DNA of 64,000 bases, from assembly GCA_964565895.1 (NCBI GenBank), contig CAZMGT010000006.1:1533-65532 (forward strand), in the 5' to 3' direction. Source of the DNA: an uncultured Armatimonadia bacterium (GTDB taxonomy: Bacteria; Armatimonadota; Zipacnadia; UBA1398; CAZMGT01). Shown one piece after another: positions 18,181-28,484 of this stretch; the first letter of the stretch is position 1; each line of letters begins with the position of its first letter. Made by a program: the position numbers and the translations under genes. The notes beneath the pieces are model-generated. The model was not told the origin of the DNA and did no database searches. It was given only the letters and a program-made list of their open reading frames with translations.

Positions 18181-19587
18181 ATGCTGGGCAGGCTGAGGGT
18201 TTGCGTTACGTATCTTGTCGGCGCGCTCGCGCTGTGCTTAGCGCTGGGGCTATGCTTTGCGCAGCAGCCGGCGGCGGGAGGGCCGGCGGGCGCGGGCAAG
18301 GAGCAGCCCCCGCCGCCGCAGCCGGAAGCACAAGCGGCGCTCAAGCTCGTTAGCGGAGCGACGGCCCTCGGCTACCAGGGCGAGGGCGGGAGCATTCGTT
18401 TCTCGCGGACCCCTCAGGGAAACGTCGTTCAGCCGCGCAAGCTCGCGGGCAACCGCTACTACGGCGTGCTCAAGCTCAAGGGCCGAGCGATTCCCGTCAC
18501 CGCGGACGTCCAGCCCGGGCGCACCATCTTTTACTTCGACCTCAACGGCGACGGCGACCTGTCCAACGCCAAGGAGGCCGGCGAGCTGTTCTTTGGCTAC
18601 GGAATCAAATACAAGTTCAGCATTCCGTTTACGATGAACGTGGCGGGGAGCGAGGTCCCCATGAGCTTGGCCATCGAGGGCACCTCGCCCCGCGGCGGGC
18701 CGCAGGTTACCTATTACAACAACACCTATCTGCGCGGCTCGTTTACCGTGGAGGGCAAGCGCTATCTCTGCGCGATCATCGACGGAAACACGGACGGCTC
18801 CTATACCAGCGGCAAGGAGGACTACATAGTCATTGACTTTAACGGCGACGGCAAGCTCAACGCGCGCAAGGACTCCGCGGAGCTGTATAAGCTGGGCGAG
18901 CCGTTTATCATCGGCGACAAGAGCTATCGCGTGACCTCCGTGAGCATGAAAGAGGGGATTAAGGTCGACGTCTCGAGCACGCCCGCTCAGCCCAAGCCCT
19001 ACCTCATCCCCGGCTACCCGGCGATCGACTTCGTGGCCACCACGCTTTCCGGGCAAAAGTTTCGCCTCTCTCAGTTAAAGGGCTACCCCGTTGTTTTGGT
19101 GTTCGGCGACACGGCCGACGCCTATACTAAGCGCCTGCTTTCCCTGCTCAACAAATATGCCGAGGCCTATAACAAAACCAAGCCCCAGCTTTACGTTATC
19201 GCGATCATGCTCGACCAGAGCAAAGACGCCGTGGTGCAGTTCATCAAAGACGAGGGCATTAAGTTCCCCGTCGTCTACCAAGGCCCAGGGGGGATATATA
19301 GCAGCAGCAAGGGCTACCGCGTCTACGAAACCCCGCGCAGCTTCTGGCTCGACCACGAAATGATCATCCGCTTCCGCGACTTACGCAGCTCGTCGCAAAT
19401 ACGCGTCGCCCTGCAGCAGCTTGTCCCCAAGGCGAACGCGTTCCGCGCGAAGGCGCAACAGGAAGCCGCCGGGGCAAAGCCCGGCCAAGAGGAGACAGAG
19501 CAGGAAAAGCAACCCGCCACCGCCAAACCTCAACCGAAAACGCGCGCCACAGACAAGCAGGAAAAGCCCCCGCAAAAGCAAAACTAG
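18181..19587 (+). CDS. Secreted protein with N-terminal beta-rich domain and C-terminal cysteine-less thioredoxin-fold domain
   Basis: Signal peptide. The C-terminal region has redoxin-like topology (GYPVVLVFGDTADAY...FPVVYQ), but CxxC is replaced by DTAD. Lys/Gln/Pro-rich tail. RBS GGGGAG. Confidence 0.6.
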   Translation: MLGRLRVCVTYLVGALALCLALGLCFAQQPAAGGPAGAGKEQPPPPQPEAQAALKLVSGATALGYQGEGGSIRFSRTPQGNVVQPRKLAGNRYYGVLKLKGRAIPVTADVQPGRTIFYFDLNGDGDLSNAKEAGELFFGYGIKYKFSIPFTMNVAGSEVPMSLAIEGTSPRGGPQVTYYNNTYLRGSFTVEGKRYLCAIIDGNTDGSYTSGKEDYIVIDFNGDGKLNARKDSAELYKLGEPFIIGDKSYRVTSVSMKEGIKVDVSSTPAQPKPYLIPGYPAIDFVATTLSGQKFRLSQLKGYPVVLVFGDTADAYTKRLLSLLNKYAEAYNKTKPQLYVIAIMLDQSKDAVVQFIKDEGIKFPVVYQGPGGIYSSSKGYRVYETPRSFWLDHEMIIRFRDLRSSSQIRVALQQLVPKANAFRAKAQQEAAGAKPGQEETEQEKQPATAKPQPKTRATDKQEKPPQKQN

Positions 19588-19720
19588 CGCTGCTCGGCGT
19601 CCGTAGCTGCGCTGAGGCGGCCGCCGGCCGCGCGCCGGTGAGGGGTCTTGTTGGTGCCTTTGCCGCGTGGCGCGCGCCATCGCGCGGGAGCAGCCGCGCC
19701 CCGCTCTGCCCGACAGTTAA

Positions 19721-19748
19721 TTGACACCACTGTTGCGCGCGGTATAAA
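19721..19748 (+). promoter_or_regulatory. Near-consensus sigma70 promoter (TTGACA-16-TATAAA) upstream of the HNH gene
   Basis: Hexamers read directly from the sequence, 23 nt upstream of the ATG at 19771. Confidence 0.5.
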
Positions 19749-19770
19749 ATCAGCAAAACCGAGGAAGGGG

Positions 19771-20370
19771 ATGGTTCCGGCCGCTACCGCTGTGAGCGTG
19801 GACGGACCTGCGCTGCTGAGCTCTCAGGTCCTCGTCCTCAACCAAAATTATGAGCCGTTAAACGTAACCAACGTGCGCCGCGCTCTCAGCCTGCTTGTCC
19901 TCAACAAGGCGGAGATGCTCGAGAGCGACGGGGCAGTCATTCGGTCTGAGCGTCTCACCCTTCCCATGCCCACGGTGGTGCGCCTACTTTCGTACGTACG
20001 CCGCCCGCCGCCCGTGCTTAAGCTTACCCGCAAGAGCATCTTCGCGCGCGACGACCACCGCTGCCAGTATTGTGGCCGGCGCGACGGCGGGCTGACCATC
20101 GACCACGTCGTGCCCAAGTGCCGCGGCGGGAAGTACGAGTGGGAAAACCTCGTTACCTGCTGCCTTAAGTGCAACAACAAAAAGGGCAACAGGCTGCCTG
20201 AGGAAGTGGGCCTGCGCCTCATTAGAAAGCCGCGGCGGCCGCGCTATACGCCCTATATCAGCCTGCCCAAGTTCCTCGCTGCCTACCGCGAGGGCCGCTG
20301 GACGAAATACCTTGAGCCGTTTGTCGATATCGAGGAGATCAGGCGGCTTGTGGCAGAGCAGGGCAAGTAG
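19771..20370 (+). CDS. HNH endonuclease family protein (standalone)
   Basis: Cys and His motif C.YCG...IDHV.P...GG...NL...C..CN..K. ATG preceded by GAGGAAGGGG. The 41-aa track extension is discounted. Confidence 0.8.
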   Translation: MVPAATAVSVDGPALLSSQVLVLNQNYEPLNVTNVRRALSLLVLNKAEMLESDGAVIRSERLTLPMPTVVRLLSYVRRPPPVLKLTRKSIFARDDHRCQYCGRRDGGLTIDHVVPKCRGGKYEWENLVTCCLKCNNKKGNRLPEEVGLRLIRKPRRPRYTPYISLPKFLAAYREGRWTKYLEPFVDIEEIRRLVAEQGK

Positions 20371-20457
20371 CAAACCTGCTACGCCGCTGCGGCGCGCCTT
20401 GTTGCCCCGAGCCGCCTGGCCCGGCTGCCGCGCGGGCGGGCAGTGAGGCTTTTTACG

Positions 20458-23046
20458 ATGGTCTCCCGCAGCGACGAGCGCTCCCCGGCTTGCCCCAACT
20501 CCCTTGTCCTACGTCTCCCAGACGGCCCTCGCGAAACGGGGAAAATGGTCCCCGTGCGCGCCATTGCCCCGCTGCCAAAAGGCGCCCTGCGCGCCGCCCA
20601 AGCTGCCCTGGCCGACGCCCACGGCACGCCCCTCGCCGCGGACGTACGCCCCGCGGCGCTTTGGCCCGACGGGAGCGTAAAGTGGCTCGTCGCCGAGCTG
20701 TGCCTGCCCCTTGCCGATGAGGAGCGGCCGCTGAGGCTTTTCCCCGGCCGCCCAGCGCAGGTCTCCCCGCGCGCCCCAGTGCGCGCGGGCGAGGCGGGCA
20801 AGAGCCTCTCCCTCGTCTCCGGCACGCTGCGTGTGGACCTCTGCGCCGAGGGCGACCTTCCCCTCGCCGGCGTTTGGGTTGACCAAAACCGCGACCGCGT
20901 GTTCGAGGAGCTGGAGCGCGCGCTTGCCCAGCCCGGCGAGGGCGCGCTCGAGGTAACCGACGACGCCGGCCGCGCCTATCGCCCCTCCGGCAAGTGGGCG
21001 CTTGCTATAACAGAAAAGGGCGCCCTGCGGGCCACCGTTTGCGCCGAAGGCGAGCTGTGCGATCATGCCGGACGCGCCGCGTTTCGCTGTCGCTTGGAGG
21101 TATGCGCTTTCCTCTCCTCCCTCGTGCTCCTCGGCAAAATTACCGTCGCCCCGGCCAACGGCGGGCAGCGGGCCACCGCGCGCAAGCTGCGCTTTGCCCT
21201 GCGCTTTGCCACGCAAGTCAACGCCGTGCGCTGCGACGATCCCGAAGACGCCGAAGGCTGGCTCGACGCCGTGCTCGAAGAGGGCGAGGCGTTTCGCTTA
21301 GAGCATACCGCCCAGCGCAAAACGGTAGTCGTGCGCTCGGGTTCTTCGCGCGAGAGCATTATCGCCGAGGGCCGGTTCGGCCTGCCTTGGATAAACGCCG
21401 GCGATCCGCTAACCTCGGTTACATTTGCCCTGCGCGAGGGCTGCGCCGAGGGCGCGGCGTTTGAGGTGAGCCGGCGCGAGCTGAGCGTTGAGGTGCCCTT
21501 TGCCGGCGCGGCAGTGCGCCGCGAGGTGGCCTGGGTCGCGGAGTTTGCCACGGGCGAGGAAACTCGGGAGATCGGCAGCAGCGCGCGGTTGTTGCTGCGC
21601 CTTCCCGTGCTCGCGCTCCCCTCGCCCGAGGATGTGCTTTGCGCAAGGGCGCTCGACCCGCTCTACGCCCTGCCCCTGCGCGATGGCCAAACGGGCCCGC
21701 CCCTGCGCGAGATGCTCCGGGAGCTGAAAGTCACCGATCCTCACCCCGAGCACTTTCCCGGGGCGCTCGTCGCCGGTTTTCTGCTAGGCTCCGAGCGCCT
21801 CGTACGGGTCGCTGTGGAACGCGCGCGGCGGGCGGCTAACCTGGGGGCAGAGCTTGCCTGCGCGCGCTGGGCGGAGCTTGGGCGCGAGCTGCTTTGCGCA
21901 GCGAGCGGCGAGCAGCCGCCTCTGGCCGCCTCACGCGCTCCGTTGCCCAGGCTGGACAGCCTCCCCGCCAACGCCGCCTCGGGCCTGCTCGCCCTGGCCG
22001 GGCTCTCCGGCAAGGAGGGCGGGGAGGAGCTTGCCCGGGCGAAGATCGCCTTTCAGCGGGCGTGCGCCGACGCGCGCGTTGCCGAGCTGTGGGTGCTCTG
22101 CCTGCCCGCCTTTCTGCGCGCCTGCGCTGAACATGGAATTGAGCGCGCCGAGGTTGACCCCTCGCTGTTTTCCCTCGTGCCCGTCGAGGAGCCCGCGCTT
22201 CTCTCGCCTGGCGAAAGCCGCGCAATAGCGTTCGTCGCGCGCTGTGCGCTGCGTGCGGTGCGCAGCGTAGACGTCTTCCCCCTTCCCTCAGAGGGGCTCG
22301 AGGCAGCGCCGTTTTCCCTGTCCCTTGCCCTAAGCCCGCCGGGCGAGCGCCACGCGGGGGCGGAAAGCAACGCCGTGTTTTCCGTCGAGCTGCGGCTTGC
22401 CGAGGGCGCCGAACGCGCGACGCTGTTTGTCGATGCGCAGCCCTCCGCCGTCGAGCTCGACGTTCCGCGCACAGCCCTTGCCGTTCGCGCCGCGGCGGAG
22501 AAAATCGCCATTGTCGGCGAGCCGCCGGAGGCCTTGGCCCTCGCCCTGCGCCAAGCACGGCTCGCCCAGTGCCGTGTGCGCTGGCCTGCGGAGTTTGCCC
22601 CGGAGGGCTTTGACGTCGTCTTCGCCTGCGGGGCCGCCCCGGGCGAAGGCGCGGGGCTGGTATGCAACCGCGCGCTTCAGGCCGGCGCCGTGGTCGTGTT
22701 GGTTAACGTTCAGCCGGGAACGTGGCTTGGGCAACTTCCTGCAACGCGGCTCGTCCTCCGCGCGCACGACGAGCGCGCCGTGGTCTGCGAGGAGCCCGGG
22801 GCCGAGCTTTTGAACATTCCCCAGCGCGTGGCGCGGGCAGCCGCCCTCGCCCCAGGCGCGGGAGCAATAGAGGCAGGGCCGGCGTGGCGCACCGTGTTGC
22901 GCACGGCGGGCAAGCGGCTGCTCCTAGGCGAGGCGGAGCTGGGCCACGGCGGGGCGATCGTCGCCCAGCTCGACCTGTGCGGGCCTGCCGCGCGCCCTCT
23001 GTGCGAAAACATCGTCGAGCGTGCCCTTTATCTCGCCGGGCTTTAG
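20458..23046 (+). CDS. Large Ala/Leu-rich hypothetical protein (about 860 aa), no signal peptide
   Basis: Long ORF with good GC3 skew and no recognisable domain. Alternative start at 20545 (MVPVRAIA) with GGGGA upstream. Confidence 0.5.
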   Translation: MVSRSDERSPACPNSLVLRLPDGPRETGKMVPVRAIAPLPKGALRAAQAALADAHGTPLAADVRPAALWPDGSVKWLVAELCLPLADEERPLRLFPGRPAQVSPRAPVRAGEAGKSLSLVSGTLRVDLCAEGDLPLAGVWVDQNRDRVFEELERALAQPGEGALEVTDDAGRAYRPSGKWALAITEKGALRATVCAEGELCDHAGRAAFRCRLEVCAFLSSLVLLGKITVAPANGGQRATARKLRFALRFATQVNAVRCDDPEDAEGWLDAVLEEGEAFRLEHTAQRKTVVVRSGSSRESIIAEGRFGLPWINAGDPLTSVTFALREGCAEGAAFEVSRRELSVEVPFAGAAVRREVAWVAEFATGEETREIGSSARLLLRLPVLALPSPEDVLCARALDPLYALPLRDGQTGPPLREMLRELKVTDPHPEHFPGALVAGFLLGSERLVRVAVERARRAANLGAELACARWAELGRELLCAASGEQPPLAASRAPLPRLDSLPANAASGLLALAGLSGKEGGEELARAKIAFQRACADARVAELWVLCLPAFLRACAEHGIERAEVDPSLFSLVPVEEPALLSPGESRAIAFVARCALRAVRSVDVFPLPSEGLEAAPFSLSLALSPPGERHAGAESNAVFSVELRLAEGAERATLFVDAQPSAVELDVPRTALAVRAAAEKIAIVGEPPEALALALRQARLAQCRVRWPAEFAPEGFDVVFACGAAPGEGAGLVCNRALQAGAVVVLVNVQPGTWLGQLPATRLVLRAHDERAVVCEEPGAELLNIPQRVARAAALAPGAGAIEAGPAWRTVLRTAGKRLLLGEAELGHGGAIVAQLDLCGPAARPLCENIVERALYLAGL

Positions 23047-23058
23047 GAGGAGATCGCT

Positions 23059-26000
23059 GTGGACTTGCTCGAGCGCTTTCGCTCCGCGGGAACCGACGGC
23101 ACGGAGTTTCGCGGGGCCCCGTTTTGGTCGTGGAACGACGACCTAAAGCCGGAGGAAATCCGCCGCCAGCTACGCGAGATGAAAAAGGCCGGCCTGGGCG
23201 GCGCGTTCCTCCACGCGCGCATCGGCCTCATTACCCCATACATGCGCGCGCGCTGGATGGAGAACATCGCCGCGGCGATCGACGAGTGCCAGCGCTGCGA
23301 GCTCGGGGCGTGGCTTTATGACGAAGACCGCTGGCCGAGCGGCACGGCGGGCGGGATGACCGCGGCAAAACTGGGGTTCGAGGTCGCCTCGGCGCGCTCC
23401 CTCCGCTGTCGCGAGCTCTCCCCCGACGAGCTAGAGATTACCGCGGACACGGTGGCCACGTTCGCCGCCTGGCGCGAGGGGGGGCGCGTCGCCCGTGTGG
23501 AGCGCTTCTCCGGCGAGCCGCCGCCGTGCGACCTTGTCCTGCAGTTTACCGCCCCGCCCGTGGGCTATGTAGACCTTCTCTCGCCGCGCGTGGTGCGCAC
23601 GTTTATCGAGCTCGCCTACGAGCCCTATCGCAAGCGCTTCGCCGAGCACTTCGGAGCGACCGTGCCCGGGATATTCACCGATGAACCGAACTTCCGCTGC
23701 CCGCCGTGGTCGCCCGAGCTGCCCGAGTTTTTCAAGCAGCGCTTTGGCTACGACCTGCTCGACCGCCTGCCGGAGCTGTTCTATCGCCTCCCCGGGCACG
23801 AAAAAACGCGCCACGACTACTTCGCCGCGGCCACCGCGCTTTACGTAGACAGCTTCTCGCGGCAGATCGGCCAGTGGTGCGCCGAGCACAACCTGCTGTT
23901 CACCGGCCACCAGCTCGCCGAGGACTCGCTGCTCTACCAGGCGGAGCACATCGGCGCGGCGATGCCCCACTATGTGCACATGCAAATGCCCGGCATCGAC
24001 CACCTTACCCGGCGCCTGGGCACGGTGGCCCTGGTTAAGCAGTGCTCCAGCGTTGCCCACCAATTTGGCGGGCGCAGGGTCCTCTCGGAGATGTTCGGCT
24101 GTTGCGGGTGGAACGTCTCGCTCGAGGAGCTGAAGTGGATCGCGGAATATCAACTGGCCCTCGGCGTAGACTTCATCTGCCAGCACCTGTCGCTCTACTC
24201 CATGCGCGGGGAGCGCAAGCGCGACTACCCCCCGTCGCTACACTACCAGCAGCCCTACTGGCCGGAGGGCTATCGCCTGCTCAACGACTACCTGGCGCGG
24301 CTCATTGCCGCGCTAACCTGGGGCAAGTTCCAGGCGCAAATCCTCCTCGTGCACCCCATCGCTTCCGTCTGGGCCGCTTGGGACCCCGAGGACAAGAGCG
24401 AAGCAGAGGAGCTTTCGCGCCAGTTCGAGGAGCTTAGCCGCGCCCTCGTCGCTATCCAGCGTGACTTCGACTACGGCGACGAGACGATCCTCGCCGAGCA
24501 CGCCCGCGTGGAGGGCGCGCGGGTTGTCGTCGGCGAGATGAGCTACGCCGTAGTCATCCTCCCCCGCATGAAAACGATCTCTAGCTCCACCCTCGCCCTG
24601 CTCAGGCAGTTTCTCGAAGCTGGGGGCAGGGTGCTGCGCGTGGGCGACCCGCCCCCGTTGCTCGATGGCTCCCCCTCGAACGAGCCGGCGCAAGTGCTCG
24701 GCCCCTGCCCCGTGTGCGACGGCCGGCCGGAGAGCCTCGCCGAGGCCCTCGACGCCATGCTCCCCAACGCCATTCGCGCGAGCGCCACGAGCTTTGGCCG
24801 GGCCACGCCCCTGTGCTCGCAGCACCGCGCTGAGGGCGAACAGCACCTGTTCTTCTTCGCCAACTCCTCGCGCGACCAGGCGCTTGAGGCTGACATAACC
24901 CTTCCCGTCGAGGGCCGGCCCTATCTGCTCGACCCGACCGCAGGCGAAGCGGAGCCCTTGCCCGCAAGCCCAAGCAGCGGCGGGGTTCAGGTGCGCTTGT
25001 CGTTTGAGCCCATGGCCTCGCGGCTGATCTTCGTCAACCGCGCGGAGACCCCGCTTCCCCCGGAGCCCGCCGCGCGCCCGGCGAGAAAAACCATCCTCAC
25101 CCTGCCCAACCGGTGGCGGCTGAAGCGGCTCGATCCCAACGCGCTCACGCTCGACTTCTGCCGCTGGCGCGTCAACGACGGCCCGTGGCAGGGCCCAGAG
25201 CCGGTGATCCTCGTCTGGCAGACGCTGCGCGAGAGAAAGGGAAGCTTCGACGTCGCTCTAGAGTTTGAGTTTCTCTCGGAAATCGACGGCGCCCAGGGCC
25301 AGTTCGAGCTTGTTTGCGAAACGCCGGAGCGTTTCGCCATTTACATAAACGGCACGCGCGTGCCCTCGGCCGATGTCGGCTGGTGGCGCGACATCGCCTT
25401 CCGGCGCATCCCCATCGCCGAGCACATTCGCCCCGGGCGAAACACGATCGAGCTGCGCGCAACGCTGCCCGAGGTCCCCGCAGACCCCGGGCCGCTGGCC
25501 GCGGAGGAGGAGATCTACGCCTATAACCTTGCCCGCTATGCGCGCGAGCTGGAGAGCGTTTACATAATCGGCGAGTTCCACGTGGCCCTCGCCGAGGAGC
25601 CGGAGTTTGTCGAGCGCCGGGCAATGTGGGCCCGCGGGCCGTTTACGGTGGTCGCCCCGCGGGCGGAGGCCGACGGCCGCGAGCTTACCAGCGCGGGCTT
25701 GCCCTTTTTCGCGGGCCGCGTTGAGCTGAGCCAGGAGATCGAGCTTCAGGACCTTCCCCCGGGCCGGCTGTTCCTGGAGCTGGAGCGGCCCGATGCGATG
25801 TTCGCCGCGGTCTCCGTCAACGGCCAGCGCGCTGGGATGGTCGCCTGGGCGCCCTGGCGCCTAGAGGTCACAGAGCTGCTTGTCCCGGGAAAGAACACAG
25901 TGGCCATCGAGCTTAGCACAAGCTGCCGCAACCTGCTCGGGCCACACCATCACAAAGACGGCGAGCTATATGGCGTGGGGCCGGGGCAGTTCCTCGCCCA

Positions 26001-26121
26001 GCGCCGCGACTGGGTAGACTCCGCCGCGGGCGAGGGCAGCCCGTGGCGCGACGAATACTGCCTTGTCCGCTTCGGCCTGGCAGGTCAGGTGCGCCTCGTG
26101 GCCGAAGGGCAGGGCAACTGA
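23059..26121 (+). CDS. Putative large glycoside hydrolase (about 1020 aa) of unknown family
   Basis: GTG start with AGGAGGAG 7 nt upstream. The N-terminal motif PFWSWNDDL...LREMKKAGLGGAFLHARIGL resembles the openings of large TIM-barrel GH families. The family assignment is from memory and uncertain. Confidence 0.5.
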   Translation: MDLLERFRSAGTDGTEFRGAPFWSWNDDLKPEEIRRQLREMKKAGLGGAFLHARIGLITPYMRARWMENIAAAIDECQRCELGAWLYDEDRWPSGTAGGMTAAKLGFEVASARSLRCRELSPDELEITADTVATFAAWREGGRVARVERFSGEPPPCDLVLQFTAPPVGYVDLLSPRVVRTFIELAYEPYRKRFAEHFGATVPGIFTDEPNFRCPPWSPELPEFFKQRFGYDLLDRLPELFYRLPGHEKTRHDYFAAATALYVDSFSRQIGQWCAEHNLLFTGHQLAEDSLLYQAEHIGAAMPHYVHMQMPGIDHLTRRLGTVALVKQCSSVAHQFGGRRVLSEMFGCCGWNVSLEELKWIAEYQLALGVDFICQHLSLYSMRGERKRDYPPSLHYQQPYWPEGYRLLNDYLARLIAALTWGKFQAQILLVHPIASVWAAWDPEDKSEAEELSRQFEELSRALVAIQRDFDYGDETILAEHARVEGARVVVGEMSYAVVILPRMKTISSSTLALLRQFLEAGGRVLRVGDPPPLLDGSPSNEPAQVLGPCPVCDGRPESLAEALDAMLPNAIRASATSFGRATPLCSQHRAEGEQHLFFFANSSRDQALEADITLPVEGRPYLLDPTAGEAEPLPASPSSGGVQVRLSFEPMASRLIFVNRAETPLPPEPAARPARKTILTLPNRWRLKRLDPNALTLDFCRWRVNDGPWQGPEPVILVWQTLRERKGSFDVALEFEFLSEIDGAQGQFELVCETPERFAIYINGTRVPSADVGWWRDIAFRRIPIAEHIRPGRNTIELRATLPEVPADPGPLAAEEEIYAYNLARYARELESVYIIGEFHVALAEEPEFVERRAMWARGPFTVVAPRAEADGRELTSAGLPFFAGRVELSQEIELQDLPPGRLFLELERPDAMFAAVSVNGQRAGMVAWAPWRLEVTELLVPGKNTVAIELSTSCRNLLGPHHHKDGELYGVGPGQFLAQRRDWVDSAAGEGSPWRDEYCLVRFGLAGQVRLVAEGQGN

Positions 26122-26178
26122 CGCCTGCGCAAGGTCACTGCCGGCAGAGCGCCGCGCGGGCGAGGGGAGCTGATTGCC

Positions 26179-27786
26179 GTGCGAAGCGTTGCCTGTGCCT
26201 TTTTCCTCCTCTGCGCCTCGGTTGCCGTGGCCTGCACGTTTTGCGGCAGCGAGACGCAACCGGGGCTCATAATTTGCCACAACTGCGGCCATCGCACAGA
26301 CGCCGTGGCTCCCGTGCCCTTGTTCGAGCAGACGTTCGAGCTCGACCTGTCCGGCTTCCAGTTCCCCACGGAGGCGTTCTCGGGCCAGCTCACGGCGGAG
26401 CGGGAAGGCGTGCGCTCCGGCAAGCAGGCGCTAATGATTACCTCCGACGACGCTCTGTTTGAGCCCGGGCAGTTCCCCGTGGCTGTCGTTGGCCCCATTC
26501 CCGAGACAACGGCGCGGTCCGTTGTGTTCTGGGCCAAGTCCTCGGTGCCTCTTCCCCTGGCCGTGGGATTTACCGAAACGACCGGCGCGGCATATACCAC
26601 CGTGGTCTGGCTTTCCGGGGAGAAGTGGGAGCGAATTATCGTTGACGCCTGGGAGCTGGGCCCGGTTAGGGAAGCGCCGGACAACAACGGCAAACTCGAC
26701 GAGGACCATATCGGCAACGTCTTTCTCGCCGACACCAGCTTCCTTGCGCGCCAATTTGCTCCCAACGCAGACATTCCCCCTATCCGGCACATTTTTATCG
26801 ACGACTTTCAAATTCGTGGCGAATATACGCGCGCTCCCGAGCAAACGGAGTTCGCCACAGCCGTTGACCGCGCCGACAGCGAAGGCCTGCGCTGGATCCC
26901 CCTGGGGGCAAAGCGCGCGACGATCGTCCGGCGCGAAACTCCGCTCGGCGAGCTCGACGGCGCGGTATGCGTGGACTACGAGCTTAGCGCACAAGCGCCG
27001 TTTTTCGCGCTTATGCACCCCGCGCCGCAGACGCAACGCGTGCGCGGCGCCGTTAGCATCGCCCTCGACCTGCGCGCGGAACGCTCGGCAACGTTCATGC
27101 TTCAGCTCGAGGAGCGGGGCGGGGGGAGATACGTGCGCACGCTGGAGAACCTTCTCCCCGGGCAGTGGCAGACGCACGTCCTGCCCCTCGCCGAATTCCA
27201 GCCCAGCGACGAGAGCAAGGACGACAACGGCCGCCTGGACCTCGACCAGCTCCAGAACATCCTTCTCCTCTGCGCCGACGGCTTTCTCAAGCGCTTCGGC
27301 AAGAACACGCTGTATCTGGACAACTTCTTGTTCCTTAAGGATCCCGCGGGCTGTCCCCAGCGCGACGAGCGCACCGGCTTGCCCATCTTTCCCCAGGCGA
27401 AGTTCGACCCCCGGGAGACGGAAAAAGCGCTTGGCGAGCTTTCCTCGGACACGAAGATAAAGACCGAAGCGGCCAACATTTCCGTATACTCCGCGCCAGA
27501 GAGCCTCCGCGCCGTCGCGCAGTGGTATCGCGCGCGGCTGCCCGGCTATGTGCTTGCCGAGAGCAAGGCCGGCGAGGAAATAATCCTTTCCGCGCTGCAC
27601 GATACGACCAACGCTGCCTACGTCGTCGGCCTCAAGGCCGCAGGGGAGGGCAAGACGCTCGTGCGCCTAGGCTACTTGGTGAGCGAAGAGCTCGTGCGCA
27701 TATATCGCGCGATGGAACGCCTGGGCGAAGCGCTGGGCTCGAACGTCGAGCGCGCCCTGGGCGGCGGGTCCTCCTCCGCGCAATAA
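26179..27786 (+). CDS. Secreted hypothetical protein with two beta-sandwich modules (CBM- or CIA30-like)
   Basis: GTG start with GGGGAG upstream and a Cys-containing signal peptide. Internal duplication of a module of about 200 aa (DNFLFLKD / IDDFQIRGE). Confidence 0.5.
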   Translation: MRSVACAFFLLCASVAVACTFCGSETQPGLIICHNCGHRTDAVAPVPLFEQTFELDLSGFQFPTEAFSGQLTAEREGVRSGKQALMITSDDALFEPGQFPVAVVGPIPETTARSVVFWAKSSVPLPLAVGFTETTGAAYTTVVWLSGEKWERIIVDAWELGPVREAPDNNGKLDEDHIGNVFLADTSFLARQFAPNADIPPIRHIFIDDFQIRGEYTRAPEQTEFATAVDRADSEGLRWIPLGAKRATIVRRETPLGELDGAVCVDYELSAQAPFFALMHPAPQTQRVRGAVSIALDLRAERSATFMLQLEERGGGRYVRTLENLLPGQWQTHVLPLAEFQPSDESKDDNGRLDLDQLQNILLLCADGFLKRFGKNTLYLDNFLFLKDPAGCPQRDERTGLPIFPQAKFDPRETEKALGELSSDTKIKTEAANISVYSAPESLRAVAQWYRARLPGYVLAESKAGEEIILSALHDTTNAAYVVGLKAAGEGKTLVRLGYLVSEELVRIYRAMERLGEALGSNVERALGGGSSSAQ

Positions 27787-27883
27787 GACGCGCCGCTGTG
27801 CGCAGCGGGCGGATGGCCTTCCTGTAAACGCCCCTCAAACAAGCAAAAGGCAAAGAAAACCCCGGGCAAAGATTGCGCAAAGA

Positions 27884-27907
27884 CCGCGGGCGGCGGCCCG
27901 TTTTTTT
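27884..27907 (+). terminator. Rho-independent terminator after the 26179..27786 gene
   Basis: CGGGC-GGCG-GCCCG stem-loop followed by TTTTTTT. Confidence 0.65.
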
Positions 27908-28484
27908 GCCCCACCTGTGGCCCAATAGCACTGGCACAGCGGCACTGCCGCGCAAGCAAAGCCCTGCCGGAGGTTGAGCAAATGCCCAGCGCAGCGAGCG
28001 ACAAGGCGAGCAAGCAAAGAGAATTTCTCGCAAGCCTGCCCCCTGGCCCTTCGGCAGGGACAACGGCGAGCAGCCCGCTTTCCCGGGACGCGCGGGACAG
28101 CCGCCCCTGGCCGAAAAGCCCCGCGTTCGCAGCCGGCGGGCGACCTTCCCCGGTGCGTCCGCCGGTGGCCGATGTCGCCAGCCTCGGGTGTGCGTTGCCC
28201 CACGGACACCCCATCTCTGCGTGCGCCGCGCAGGGCGGGACCGCGCGTCCCGGGGGCTGCAGATTGTTCCGGCGGGCAGGGCGCGCTTTTAACTCTGTGG
28301 CAGGTCTCCAAAACCCACTCCTGAAAATTGGGGAGCAACCCGCACAGACTTGCCCTGCCCGCCAGCGCTATCCTCCCCAGTGAAACTCTTCCCCGCTCCT
28401 GCTCGTCATACCACACGGGCCTCGGCTACAATATCCTATGGCCCGTTGTGGCCAGATAACCGAGCGAGGCGCGGGGGAATTACC

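Noticed and set aside
27974-28383. Two overlapping plus-strand ORFs (116 and 133 aa) in the 27.9-28.5 kb gap.
   Set aside because: They are mutually overlapping and Arg/Pro-rich, with no start context or homology. The region is treated as non-coding.
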